Shown one piece after another: positions 8,587-18,210 of a stretch of 64,000 bases of DNA. A program made the position numbers and the translations under genes. The stretch is from NCBI GenBank assembly GCA_045629045.1, contig JAZQQM010000052.1, forward strand, positions 6,585-70,584, written 5' to 3'. Source of the stretch: Lachnospiraceae bacterium. GTDB taxonomy: Bacteria > Bacillota > Clostridia > Lachnospirales > Lachnospiraceae. The notes below the pieces were generated by a model. That model searched no databases, had not been told where the DNA came from, and was given only the letters and a program-made list of their open reading frames with translations. Within the stretch, counting starts at the first letter, position 1; the number at the start of each line of letters is the position of its first letter.

Positions 8587-9462
8587 CTAACAAATCCACT
8601 CCACGCAGCCCGATTCGCCGTTGTAATAATAAACAGAATCCGCCAGCACTTCCTCCTCACACACTTCAGAATTATTAATCTGGGTAACCATCTCCAAAAG
8701 TCCTTTCGCATCAACCGTCATATCCTTTGGAACAAGCACCAGTTCATGTACGGAACTGGGCAATATATAAAAATCGCCCCCCATTCTGTTATAGGCTTCC
8801 CTTAGCATGTCGGGATAAAGCATTGTCGCTGCCCCATACATCTTTTTTTCGTTGGTAAGAACATACATATTAACGTCATCTGTAATATCAAGGTCGCACA
8901 AATCATTTACCATATCGCTTATCGTCCTAAGCTGTCCCGGAAAACGTTTAGGCGTATTACTATCCGCTTTTGTAAACAGTTCCTCTTCTTCAATCCCCCA
9001 CATTTTAAGCTGTTCATTCCTAATTAAAATGCTCATCAGGGAACCGTTTGTATCATCTGCATAAAAACATACTATTGCCAGATTATGAAATCTTCGATGC
9101 GGAGCATCAAGCAACAGTTCCTTATTCGCCTCGGCATTAATAAGCTTATATACAATTCGTTCCCAGGCATTTTCATAATTCATAAACCGTGAAACATCCG
9201 GATATTCCTGCTTAGGTACACCTCTTAAACCGTTTGCTATTTTAAGTCCTATGTATTCGATTTCATCTGCCGTCAGCATCTCATCATAATAATCATCCAG
9301 ATATAAGGTCGGACATATATCATTTCCCTCAAGCCGAGCCATAATTCCCGTTAACACTACGCCGTTATTCTTCGTAACCTTACGAAGAGATACCTCATAA
9401 TCACTGCCAAGGTACATGGATACCTTGCACTCAATCATCTTACAATATTTGTCAAAATTCAT
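8587..9462 (-). CDS. DUF5688-like protein
   Basis: 291 aa. Landmarks are PTLYLDDYY, KLINAEANKELLLDAPHRRFHNLAIV, MYVLTNEKKMYGAATMLY and FYILPSSVHELVLVP. These match my recollection of DUF5688 proteins that are often plasmid/ICE-borne in Firmicutes. Confidence 0.5.
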   Translation of the reverse strand: MNFDKYCKMIECKVSMYLGSDYEVSLRKVTKNNGVVLTGIMARLEGNDICPTLYLDDYYDEMLTADEIEYIGLKIANGLRGVPKQEYPDVSRFMNYENAWERIVYKLINAEANKELLLDAPHRRFHNLAIVCFYADDTNGSLMSILIRNEQLKMWGIEEEELFTKADSNTPKRFPGQLRTISDMVNDLCDLDITDDVNMYVLTNEKKMYGAATMLYPDMLREAYNRMGGDFYILPSSVHELVLVPKDMTVDAKGLLEMVTQINNSEVCEEEVLADSVYYYNGESGCVEWIC

Positions 9463-9525
9463 TATTTATTCGTTCCTTTCTATATAGCGCATAGAAACCT
9501 CACCTCTCCCGGAATAAATAAAGAA

Positions 9526-9551
9526 AAGGCATCGGTAAAAACCAATGCCTT
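9526..9551 (-). terminator. Rho-independent terminator of efp
   Basis: aaggcattgg-ttttta-ccgatgcctt, followed by TTCTTTATTT on the minus strand. Confidence 0.6.
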
Positions 9552-9584
9552 ACAAGCCAAATATATTAACGAACGATATATAAG

Positions 9585-10142
9585 TTATACTCTTGACAAA
9601 TACTCGCCTGTTCTTGTATCAATCTTAACAACATCACCGATTTCAACGAACAAAGGAACAGCAATTGAAGCACCTGTTTCAACTGTAGCAGGCTTATTTG
9701 CACCTGTTGCTGTATCACCCTTAAATCCGGGCTCTGTATCTGTTACGGCTAATTCAACGAACAAAGGAGGCTCGATAGAGAAAACAGATCCGTTATAGCT
9801 ACAAACCTTAACCATTTCGTTTTCTTTAACGAACTTAAGTGAATCACCTACAGTTTCCTCGTTAAGAGCAATCTGATCATATGACTCAACGTCCATGAAG
9901 TTATACAAATCGCCGTCAGAATATAAGTACTGCATATCCTTTCTATCAATACGTGCCTGTGGACACTTTTCAGTAGGTCTGAAAGTCTTTCCCACTACGC
10001 CGCCGTTTATGACATTCTTAAGCTTTGTTCTAACGAAAGCAGCTCCCTTACCGGGCTTTACATGCTGGAATTCGATAATCTGAAATACCGAACCTTCAAA
10101 TTCAATGGTAATACCATTTCTGAAATCACCTGCAGAAATCAT
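9585..10142 (-). CDS. efp: Elongation factor P
   Basis: 185 aa. [43 protein letters not shown] is canonical EF-P. Confidence 0.95.
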   Translation of the reverse strand: MISAGDFRNGITIEFEGSVFQIIEFQHVKPGKGAAFVRTKLKNVINGGVVGKTFRPTEKCPQARIDRKDMQYLYSDGDLYNFMDVESYDQIALNEETVGDSLKFVKENEMVKVCSYNGSVFSIEPPLFVELAVTDTEPGFKGDTATGANKPATVETGASIAVPLFVEIGDVVKIDTRTGEYLSRV

Positions 10143-10224
10143 AACTAATATATCCTCCTAATTAAAAACACAATATAATTCCCAAATAGTTTAATATAAA
10201 CTTTTCTATATTTCAAGCAAAATT

Positions 10225-10656
10225 TTATTTTTGTTTCGTTATATAATCAATCGCCATTATATACCCCTTAAAGCCTTCACCCTTTATTAAATAATCGCAG
10301 GCCTTTGATGTAACCGAATTTTTTCGAAATTCTTCTCTTGAATCAATATCCGAAATGTGAACTTCAACCTTGGTCATGGATACACTTTTGAGGGCGTCAT
10401 GAATGGCATAGCTGTAATGTGTATAGGCGCCGGGATTAATAACAATTCCGTCCGTTTCCTTATAATATGCTTCCTGTATCTTATCGATAATCGCGCCTTC
10501 ATGATTGGATTGGAACAATTCAACCTCAATCTCCTTTGAATCGCAGTATTCCTTAATCATATCACACAGCGAATCGTATGATTCGTTTCCGTACACGTCA
10601 GGTTCCCTAATTCCCAGAAAATTTAAATTGGGTCCGTTAATTACTAATAACTTCAT
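10225..10656 (-). CDS. aroQ: Type II 3-dehydroquinate dehydratase
   Basis: Start trimmed to MKLLVINGPNLNFLGIREPDVYG (ATG 10656-10654, GGAGG RBS). Contains the typical QSNHEG and NPGAYTHYS motifs. Confidence 0.9.
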   Translation of the reverse strand: MKLLVINGPNLNFLGIREPDVYGNESYDSLCDMIKEYCDSKEIEVELFQSNHEGAIIDKIQEAYYKETDGIVINPGAYTHYSYAIHDALKSVSMTKVEVHISDIDSREEFRKNSVTSKACDYLIKGEGFKGYIMAIDYITKQK

Positions 10657-11908
10657 CGCAAGCCTCCATATACAATGAACTTCGCACATTAAGAAGTGAT
10701 TCTATTTTTTGACGTAAATCCGTATCCTTAAGAAGGGGTCTTGATGTATCATCCTTAAGCCGTTTACAAAGAGTATCAACATCGCACTTAATATAGCACA
10801 CATATCCCAGCTGCTTAATAAGATCCATATTTTGCGGATTGCACATACCTCCGCCCAGGGAATAAACTATCTTTTTGTCTGTATTGCGGTACTTAAGAAG
10901 CAATTCGGCCAGGGTTTCATGCTCCATTTGACGAAATCCTGCTTCGCCTTTGGTATCAAAAATATCATTAATGCTCATACAGGCATTTTCTTCTATAAGT
11001 TCATCAGTATCGACAAACAAAGCATCCGCCTTTGATGCAAGTTTCTTGCCGAGAGTTGATTTGCCGCATCCCATCATGCCGCACAAAACAATTTTTTGAT
11101 TCATATTAAGCAACAGTTGAAGATAACAGTCCTCTTCCGTCTCTTCAGGTATATAATCAATGTCATAAAACAGTTTGAATGCCTCTATTGCCTGATACAG
11201 CAGCATTCTAAGACCGTTATATGCCTGTCCGCCCTGTGCCTTTACCTTTTTCATAAAAAGTGTATCAAGGGGATTGTAAATAATATCTATTCCCACCTCA
11301 ATACCTTCGTAAAATTCATCATCCATAACGGGAGCTGCATCACAGTCAGGAAATAAACCTACGCTTGTAGTCTGAAAAACAATCTGCTTTTGATTACCTT
11401 TAAGTTTAAGCACCTCATTTATATCTTCCGAACCGTCTTTGCCGGGCGTTCTGTTAAACTGTCTTATTTCTTTGGCTCCAAGTATGGTGCACAAATATTT
11501 AACGGCACGGGAAGCCCCGCCCGCACCTAAAATGACAACATTTTTGTCTTTAATATCCACGCCGAAATATTCAAGTTCTCTTTTAAGTCCAAGATAATCC
11601 GTATTATATCCCGCAAAGCCTTTACCGCTATTTACTATTGTATTTACGGCACCAATTCTTTGAGCAGCCACATCGACCGTCATAAGATTCTTCATTATTA
11701 CATTCTTATAGGGAATAGTTACATTAAGGCCATAAAAGCCCTCATTCTCGAATCTTTGACAGGAGGTCTCAATATCTTCCTCATTAATATCAAACAGGCC
11801 GTACTTCACATTAAAGCCCAGCGCATTACCCAAAAATTCATGAATAAACGGTGAAACCGAATGGCCGAGAGGATGACCGATTAATCCCGATAATCTATCT
11901 TCCTTCAT
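10637..11908 (-). CDS. aroE/aroK: Bifunctional shikimate dehydrogenase / shikimate kinase fusion
   Basis: The N-terminal part has the AroE motifs SVSPFIHE, NVTIPYK, GYNTDY and ILGAGGASRAV. The C-terminal part has a shikimate-kinase P-loop (CGMMGCGKSTLGKKLA), DTDELIE, GEAGFRQMEHE and LGGG. Start trimmed to MKEDRLSG (ATG 11908). Confidence 0.85.
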   Translation of the reverse strand: MKEDRLSGLIGHPLGHSVSPFIHEFLGNALGFNVKYGLFDINEEDIETSCQRFENEGFYGLNVTIPYKNVIMKNLMTVDVAAQRIGAVNTIVNSGKGFAGYNTDYLGLKRELEYFGVDIKDKNVVILGAGGASRAVKYLCTILGAKEIRQFNRTPGKDGSEDINEVLKLKGNQKQIVFQTTSVGLFPDCDAAPVMDDEFYEGIEVGIDIIYNPLDTLFMKKVKAQGGQAYNGLRMLLYQAIEAFKLFYDIDYIPEETEEDCYLQLLLNMNQKIVLCGMMGCGKSTLGKKLASKADALFVDTDELIEENACMSINDIFDTKGEAGFRQMEHETLAELLLKYRNTDKKIVYSLGGGMCNPQNMDLIKQLGYVCYIKCDVDTLCKRLKDDTSRPLLKDTDLRQKIESLLNVRSSLYMEACDEVISN

Positions 11909-12461
11909 ATAGATACACCTTTCCGTTCTTTTTGCAGAAGGACTCAAAACGCTTAAGAATTACTTTTTCAAGTATACGCTTTAAAACAATCTGAATCTCT
12001 TCCTTTTTATCAATCTGCTTAACCAAAATAGACAGGATTCCCGTTCTTTTGGCGCCCCATATATCGGTAAAAAGCTGGTCCCCCACAGTCAGTGTGTTTG
12101 AATGATTCGTATTCATCAAGGCCATGGCATGATAATATCCCTTCCTTGAAGGTTTATTTGCTTTGTACAAATAAAGACAGTTAACTTCATCATTAAACAT
12201 TTTTACTCTGGGTTCTTTATTGTTTGATAAAAACAGGATGCTAAAACCAATATCCTTAAGATGTGCTATAAGTTCCCTGGAACGTGCATCGGCAGGTGCC
12301 CCGTGGGGAACAAGTGTATTGTCTATATCAAAAATAATGCCTCTGTATCCATCCCGATACAGAGCGTCAAAATCAATATGATATGTTGAATCGTAATATT
12401 TATCAGGGAAAAAAGTATTAAACATATTTTCGATTATAGTAAAAGCCCCCTGCTTATGCAA
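11895..12461 (-). CDS. yqeG: YqeG-family HAD-IIIA phosphatase
   Basis: FDIDNTLV, LSNN and GDQLFTDIWGA motifs. The start is uncertain, either TTG 12461 or ATG 12425 (MFNTFFPDKYY...). Confidence 0.8.
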   Translation of the reverse strand: MHKQGAFTIIENMFNTFFPDKYYDSTYHIDFDALYRDGYRGIIFDIDNTLVPHGAPADARSRELIAHLKDIGFSILFLSNNKEPRVKMFNDEVNCLYLYKANKPSRKGYYHAMALMNTNHSNTLTVGDQLFTDIWGAKRTGILSILVKQIDKKEEIQIVLKRILEKVILKRFESFCKKNGKVYLYEGR

Positions 12462-12517
12462 GGGACTTTACCACCAAATTCTTTTAGGAGTTATATTGAA
12501 ATGAGGATTCATGTTAA

Positions 12518-12910
12518 TTACTTAGCCATAACGATTCCGTCATCAGTAAACAAATTCTTTGAGCTGCCGACGAAATAGTTGTAATCCTGAAGGATATCAT
12601 CCTTTTTCATATCGGAAATGGCTTTTTGCATATCAAGGGACTTGATAGGTGCATCCTTACCGATATAATCATAAGACTCTTCCTTATTAAAGGATAAAGA
12701 TATATCTTCAAGGTCGGCTGTTGCCGATCTTTCGTCAATTTTCTTAATCTGTGAAGGTGAAAGTGTTTCTTCCTTAACCGGAAGGGCTGCTGGGTTATTG
12801 GAATTCTTAAGTTCTTCATCCTGCTTACGAACGTCATCAGGTGTTACCTTAGGAATATCGACTCTGTATGAATTGTAATTAGATAATCCATTATAAAACT
12901 GAATACCCAT
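12518..12910 (-). CDS. Hypothetical protein (130 aa, no family recognised)
   Basis: Complete ORF with a GGGGGA-type RBS region. Hydrophilic, with no motif I can name. Confidence 0.45.
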   Translation of the reverse strand: MGIQFYNGLSNYNSYRVDIPKVTPDDVRKQDEELKNSNNPAALPVKEETLSPSQIKKIDERSATADLEDISLSFNKEESYDYIGKDAPIKSLDMQKAISDMKKDDILQDYNYFVGSSKNLFTDDGIVMAK

Positions 12911-13100
12911 TGTCTGTCCCCCTTTCCCGATTTTTGTGGTAATCCGTTACCTCTTTTAGTTTACCATAACAAAAATTGGTTTACAATAACTAATTTACAT
13001 AATGTACAGTTTAACTAACTTACCATCCTTGGTAAATAATATATCGGACATAACCAAAGAAACTTTAGTGTCAATTTAATAAATATAAAAGAATAAAAAT

Positions 13101-13222
13101 AGAGCCATATATCCACTATTAATGGCGCTTTCGCTCCGTTACTCTTGCGTACGTTACCAGGCTCGAAAGTACCTCGCCAAGTAACGCGTAGAGTAAGGCA
13201 TTAATATTGGATATATGGCTCT
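13101..13222. repeat. Nested-hairpin element, copy A (conserved core inside a copy-specific 24-bp palindrome)
   Basis: Arms are agagccatatatccactattaatg (13101-13124) and cattaatattggatatatggctct (13199-13222), 23/24 complementary. The interior reverse complement shares a 47-nt block (42/47 identical) plus gagcgaaagcgc with 36631-36696. Confidence 0.8.
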
Positions 13223-13235
13223 TATAATAGGTTAT

Positions 13236-13967
13236 CTATATTGACGACAAAAGTTCTTTAGTGTAAGCGTTTTGAGGGTTGGCGTAGACCTCTTTGGGTG
13301 ATCCCTGCTCTACTATTTCACCGTCTTTTAGAATCATAACTTTATCGCAAAGGTTATATACCACTCTAAGATCGTGGGATATAAACAAAATTGACAGACC
13401 AAGTGTTTTCTGGAGATTCTTAAGGAGCTCCAGAATCTGTGCCTGAATCGTAACATCAAGTGCCGAAACAGGTTCATCTGCGATTAATAACTTAGGTTCC
13501 TGCATAAGGGATAATGCGATGCATACCCTTTGTCGCTGGCCCCCTGATAATTCTCTTGGGTACCTTGATAAGTATTCATCCGACAATCCTACAAGATTAA
13601 TCATCTCCGATGCTTTTTTCTTACGTTCGGCAGGATCTTTTACATCATCAAGATAAAGGGCTTCTTCCAACAGCCATCCGACTTTCTTGGAGGGATTAAG
13701 ACTGCTGTAGGGATCTTGAAAAATCATGGAAGGATAAGATTCCTCCATTGTCTTAATCTCGCCTGTATACGGAATAAGCGACAGGATTGCCTTGGCGATC
13801 GTTGATTTACCCGAACCCGATTCTCCTACAAGACCCACTATCTGACCTTCCTCGAGGTCAAAATTAACGCCGTGAAGGACTTCCTTAATAACAGTGTGTC
13901 CGAACACGCCTCCCACTCTGCTCTTAAATTGTACTCTAAGGTCATTTACCTCTACAATTTTACTCAT
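13236..13967 (-). CDS. Oligopeptide/dipeptide/nickel-type ABC transporter ATP-binding protein (OppF/DppF-like)
   Basis: Walker A GESGSGKST, signature LSGGQRQR and Walker B LLIADEP. Start trimmed to MSKIVEVNDL (ATG 13967). Confidence 0.85.
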   Translation of the reverse strand: MSKIVEVNDLRVQFKSRVGGVFGHTVIKEVLHGVNFDLEEGQIVGLVGESGSGKSTIAKAILSLIPYTGEIKTMEESYPSMIFQDPYSSLNPSKKVGWLLEEALYLDDVKDPAERKKKASEMINLVGLSDEYLSRYPRELSGGQRQRVCIALSLMQEPKLLIADEPVSALDVTIQAQILELLKNLQKTLGLSILFISHDLRVVYNLCDKVMILKDGEIVEQGSPKEVYANPQNAYTKELLSSI

Positions 13968-14781
13968 TGTTTCTACCGTATACATTTCCCTCAAGTTTAG
14001 GAATTGCAGCAATTAAATTCTTAGTATATTCTTCCTTGGGATTATTAAATATATCCTTTGTCAAACCTCTTTCAACAATATATCCGCCCTTCATAACAAG
14101 GACCTTCTCACACAACGAATTAACAAGACTAAGGTCATGAGAAATAAATATTATTGAAGTATGTCTTTCTTTGTTAATCTTCTTAAGCAGTTTAACTATC
14201 TGGGCCTGAATTGTAACATCAAGTGCCGTTGTAGGTTCATCCGCAATAAGAATCTTAGGCTCGTTAATCATTGCCGTTGCTATCATAATTCTTTGACGCA
14301 TGCCACCTGACAGTTCATGAGGATACTGATTCATTACAAGCTCAGGATTGCTAAGTTCAACATCCTTAAGCATCTTAAGAACTTTCTCATATCTTTGTTC
14401 CCGGGTAAGATTGGTATGAATCCTAAGGGGTTCCTCAACCTGGTCATATATCTTAATAACCGGATTTAAGCTCGTTAAGGGTTCCTGGAATATCATACTT
14501 ATCTCATTGCCCTGAATCTTACGGAGTTCTTCTCTGGGGCAGGTAAGAAGTTCTGTATCATTGTAAACAATGCTGCCCTTCTTCTTCATATCCTTACGGG
14601 ACAATAACCCTGCTATAGCAAGGGCAGACATGGACTTTCCGGAACCCGATTCTCCCACAAGACCTACAATTTCACCCTTCTTTAAATCAAGGTCAAAATC
14701 ATAAACAACCGTCTCCGGAATAATATGATCGTGAAACTCAATATTCAAATCTTCAACATGTAATATGATATCTTTTTCCAC
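13960..14781 (-). CDS. Oligopeptide/dipeptide/nickel-type ABC transporter ATP-binding protein (OppD/DppD-like)
   Basis: GESGSGKSM, LSGGMRQR and ILIADEPTTALD. Confidence 0.85.
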   Translation of the reverse strand: MEKDIILHVEDLNIEFHDHIIPETVVYDFDLDLKKGEIVGLVGESGSGKSMSALAIAGLLSRKDMKKKGSIVYNDTELLTCPREELRKIQGNEISMIFQEPLTSLNPVIKIYDQVEEPLRIHTNLTREQRYEKVLKMLKDVELSNPELVMNQYPHELSGGMRQRIMIATAMINEPKILIADEPTTALDVTIQAQIVKLLKKINKERHTSIIFISHDLSLVNSLCEKVLVMKGGYIVERGLTKDIFNNPKEEYTKNLIAAIPKLEGNVYGRNNE

Positions 14782-14828
14782 TCTAATCTCTTTTCACTCT
14801 AATTTCCGCGACTACTTAGTAAGTCACA

Positions 14829-15626
14829 CTATTCCTCGTTAAGAGCATCGCCTATAAGGCTAAATCCCAATATCAGCAATATTATTGCGATACCGGGGAA
14901 TAATGCAAAATTCGGTGCCTTAAAAAGATATGCCTGTGCTTCGCTTAACATACGTCCCAGGCTCGGTTCCGGAGGCTGCACGCCTATTCCCAAAAAGCTC
15001 ATGGAGGCTTCCGCAAGCACGGCGTTATTAAAGCCTATCATTATCGACGAAAGCAATACTGTTGTTGTATTAGGCAGAATATGAACAAAAATAATCCTCA
15101 AGTCGGAGGCTCCCAATAATTTGGCACTCTTAACATAATCCATATTTTTGCACTTAAGGAATTCCGCACGCACTATTCTGGCAAAGCTGGGAATAAATGC
15201 GATTCCCAACGCAATCATGACCTGATATGTTCCGGGACCCAAAAGACTTATAAACAATAAAGCCAGCAATATACTCGGAAAAGCAAATACCGCATCATTA
15301 ACTCTCATAAGCACTTCATCCACTATGCCGCCGAAATACCCTGTAAGAGAACCTACTATAATACCGAAAAACGTTCCGATAATTACCGTTCCCAATGCCA
15401 CCTTAAAGGTCGCAAAGGTGCCTTCCATAACCCGGCTTAAAATATCACGTCCGAAATTGTCGCAGCCAAAGGGATGTGCCAAAGACATCGGCGCAAACTT
15501 AAGGGATGCATCAATTGCAGTGGGGTCCAATCCGGGAAGGATCTTGCCCAAAAGCATAAACAGCACCATAAAACCTACTATAGAGCAGCCAAGTATTAAA
15601 TTGATGTTCTTTTTAGTTTTCATCAA
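14829..15626 (-). CDS. ABC transporter permease (OppC/DppC-like)
   Basis: Multi-TM protein with the EAA-like loop AKLLGASDLRIIFVHILPN. Confidence 0.85.
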   Translation of the reverse strand: MMKTKKNINLILGCSIVGFMVLFMLLGKILPGLDPTAIDASLKFAPMSLAHPFGCDNFGRDILSRVMEGTFATFKVALGTVIIGTFFGIIVGSLTGYFGGIVDEVLMRVNDAVFAFPSILLALLFISLLGPGTYQVMIALGIAFIPSFARIVRAEFLKCKNMDYVKSAKLLGASDLRIIFVHILPNTTTVLLSSIMIGFNNAVLAEASMSFLGIGVQPPEPSLGRMLSEAQAYLFKAPNFALFPGIAIILLILGFSLIGDALNEE

Positions 15627-16560
15627 GACTAATCCTCGGGTCTATCAAACCATAAACAATATCAACTATCATATTTACAACCAATACCAAAACGGCAATG
15701 ATTACAATAATTGCCATTACAACCGGGTAATCTCTGTTAGAAATCGAAGACAGTAAAATTCTTCCTAGGCCCGGAATTCCGAATACCTGCTCCACAATAA
15801 TACTTCCCGCAATAAAGTCCGTAAGTGCCATTCCTATAAAGGTTATTACAGGCAAAATGGCATTCTTAAGCACATGATGATACAAAACATCATTTGTGGA
15901 ATTGCCCTTTGAATAAGCCGTTCTTACATAATCAAGCTTCGATTCTTTAATTAACGAACCTCTAAGGAGCTTTATTGCCATGGTTGCTTTGGGAAGTGCA
16001 ATTGCCAGGGACGGGAAAAACATATACCCTAAAAATCCCCAGAAATCTTTGTCATAGGAAACATATCCTCCCGGCGTAAACCACTTAAAAATAACTCCGA
16101 ACAACAAGGTTATCAAAATACCCGAGAAAAACGGTGGAATTGCCATTATTACCTGATTAATTATCGTAATTGTTCTGTCAAGTATGCCACCTTGATACTT
16201 AGCGATTCTTATACCTATAGGTATTGAAATAACAACCATAAGTATGAATGCAATGATTGACATGGTAAGTGTAACCGGCACTTTATCAATAACCATATCC
16301 GAAACCGGCATCTTGTAACTATATGATGTTCCCATATCACCCGTAAGGAAATTTACGGCCCATCTGCCGTACCGGACAAGCAAAGGGTCGTTAAGGTGCA
16401 TCTCTTCTCTAAGGGATGCTATTCTTTCGGGAGTTGCATTCGTACCGAGCATTGATATGGCTGGGTCACCCGATATAAAGTTGAATGAGAGAAAAACGAA
16501 TAACGTTACCACAATAATCGTAATTATCATGGTAACGATTTTCTTTAAGGCATATTTCAT
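15613..16560 (-). CDS. ABC transporter permease (OppB/DppB-like)
   Basis: Multi-TM protein. DYVRTAYSKGNSTNDVLYHHVLKNA is the typical permease loop. Confidence 0.85.
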   Translation of the reverse strand: MKYALKKIVTMIITIIVVTLFVFLSFNFISGDPAISMLGTNATPERIASLREEMHLNDPLLVRYGRWAVNFLTGDMGTSYSYKMPVSDMVIDKVPVTLTMSIIAFILMVVISIPIGIRIAKYQGGILDRTITIINQVIMAIPPFFSGILITLLFGVIFKWFTPGGYVSYDKDFWGFLGYMFFPSLAIALPKATMAIKLLRGSLIKESKLDYVRTAYSKGNSTNDVLYHHVLKNAILPVITFIGMALTDFIAGSIIVEQVFGIPGLGRILLSSISNRDYPVVMAIIVIIAVLVLVVNMIVDIVYGLIDPRISLDEN

Positions 16561-16563
16561 AAA

Positions 16564-18084
16564 TTATTCGTCGGCCAATCTGATAAGCGAAACATCCTGT
16601 ACATACAAAGGATAAAATTCATATCCCGTATATTTTTTGTTAATTGCGACAAGTTCAGGCATATCCTGAATATAAACATTAGCTGCTTCGTTAGCTAAAA
16701 TTGTTTCGCACTCTTTATAGTACTTTGTTTTTTCATCATCGTCAGTTGACGTATAGGCCTTTTGAAAAGCTTCATCATACTCTTTTGAATTAAAGTTGAT
16801 GAAATTCTTCGAACTGTCAGATGTAAATCTTTGAAGAAGTGCTGCCGCCGTTAAGGAAGAAGCATCAACGCCTACTACCGTAGTCGTATAGTTTCTGTCA
16901 TTGTAAACATCTGACAACCAGCTGTCCCACTCAATAAGCTTAATATTGGCCGTAACGCCTATCTTCTCAAACTGTTCCTTAAGTACCTGCGCTGTATCAA
17001 TATGCTGAGGATAGTTGGAAGGTACTGTAATATCAAACTCAAATCCGTTAGGGAATCCGGCCTCATTTAACAATGCTTTTGCTTTATCAAAGTCCTGATT
17101 ATATACATCATTAAGCTCTTCCATATAATATTTGCCAAAAGCAGGGAACATGGAAGAACCTATTTCGGTTCCTTTGCCGTCTGACACAAATGTCATAATT
17201 TCCTGCGGATCAATCGCATAGCACAGTGCCTGTCTTACTCTTACATCATCAAAAGGTGCAACCGCATTGTTAATGTAAAGAGCCTGAACCAGATTCATTG
17301 TTTCTTCCAATACATCAAAATTGTCCGAAAGCAAATCAGCTTGAGCCGTAGGAATTCTGGGTACCAGATCAATTGCACCGGATTCAAGTTCCATGGCAAT
17401 TGTATCCATATTACCTATAATCTTAAAGGTAACATTCTCAATGTGTCCTTCTCTTTCATTATCATAGTAATCAGGGAACTTCTTAATAACAAAATTCTCC
17501 TGAGGCGAACGCGAAACAAACATATAGGGGCCCGTTCCTATAGGATTGGTATCCGGTGTCTTGTTATTTTCGGGAATTATGGCAGTTGTCATATATGCCA
17601 GGAATTCCGTATCCGGATTATTAAGATGGATTATGAACCTGTTATCGGCAATTTCAGTACTCTTAATATTAGAATACGCCGCTACAAGCGGTGTTCCACT
17701 GCTTGCATCGGCGCACTTATCGATAGAATATTTAACATCTCCCAACGTAACTGCGCTTCCATCGTGGAACTTAACACCATCCCTTAGTGTAAATGTGTAG
17801 GTAAGAGCATCATCTGATATCTCGTATGCACCGGCTACGGCAGGAATAAAATCACCATCGGAATTAGGCTTAACCAAGCCTTCAAAAATATTGAACAACA
17901 CCTCTTTAGTTCCTGCCGCTTCAACCTTGTGTGGGTCAAGACTATCTTCTAGATCCTGAGGTATTCCAATGATGATGGACGAAGAATCGTCAGCCTTCTT
18001 ATCACCTTTGCATCCGCAAAGTGCAACAGAAAGTGCACATAACATGAGTACCAAATATAGCCCTTTAAGACTAATTTTTTTCAT
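16564..18084 (-). CDS. Family-5 extracellular solute-binding lipoprotein (peptide/nickel type)
   Basis: Start trimmed to MKKISLKGLYLV (ATG 18084, GAGGAG RBS). Has the lipobox LCGC and is SBP_bac_5-like throughout. Confidence 0.85.
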   Translation of the reverse strand: MKKISLKGLYLVLMLCALSVALCGCKGDKKADDSSSIIIGIPQDLEDSLDPHKVEAAGTKEVLFNIFEGLVKPNSDGDFIPAVAGAYEISDDALTYTFTLRDGVKFHDGSAVTLGDVKYSIDKCADASSGTPLVAAYSNIKSTEIADNRFIIHLNNPDTEFLAYMTTAIIPENNKTPDTNPIGTGPYMFVSRSPQENFVIKKFPDYYDNEREGHIENVTFKIIGNMDTIAMELESGAIDLVPRIPTAQADLLSDNFDVLEETMNLVQALYINNAVAPFDDVRVRQALCYAIDPQEIMTFVSDGKGTEIGSSMFPAFGKYYMEELNDVYNQDFDKAKALLNEAGFPNGFEFDITVPSNYPQHIDTAQVLKEQFEKIGVTANIKLIEWDSWLSDVYNDRNYTTTVVGVDASSLTAAALLQRFTSDSSKNFINFNSKEYDEAFQKAYTSTDDDEKTKYYKECETILANEAANVYIQDMPELVAINKKYTGYEFYPLYVQDVSLIRLADE

Positions 18085-18155
18085 GTTTTCTCCTCTCATG
18101 ATATGAAATTTCAATGAATGTTAAATAAATAACAATCATTTCATGAATTAGTATA

Positions 18156-18190
18156 TAGAAAAATGCCCCGATGTGCAAGCACCGGGGCAT
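18156..18190 (-). terminator. Rho-independent terminator of nrdR
   Basis: atgccccg-...-cggggcat stem (18163-18190), followed by TTTTT on the minus strand. Confidence 0.7.
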
Positions 18191-18210
18191 ATGTTCTTAA
18201 TTTAAGACAA

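Noticed and set aside
12518-12910. 130-aa protein considered as FlgM/FlaG-like
   Set aside because: There is no flagellar context in the window and no convincing motif match. It is left as hypothetical.
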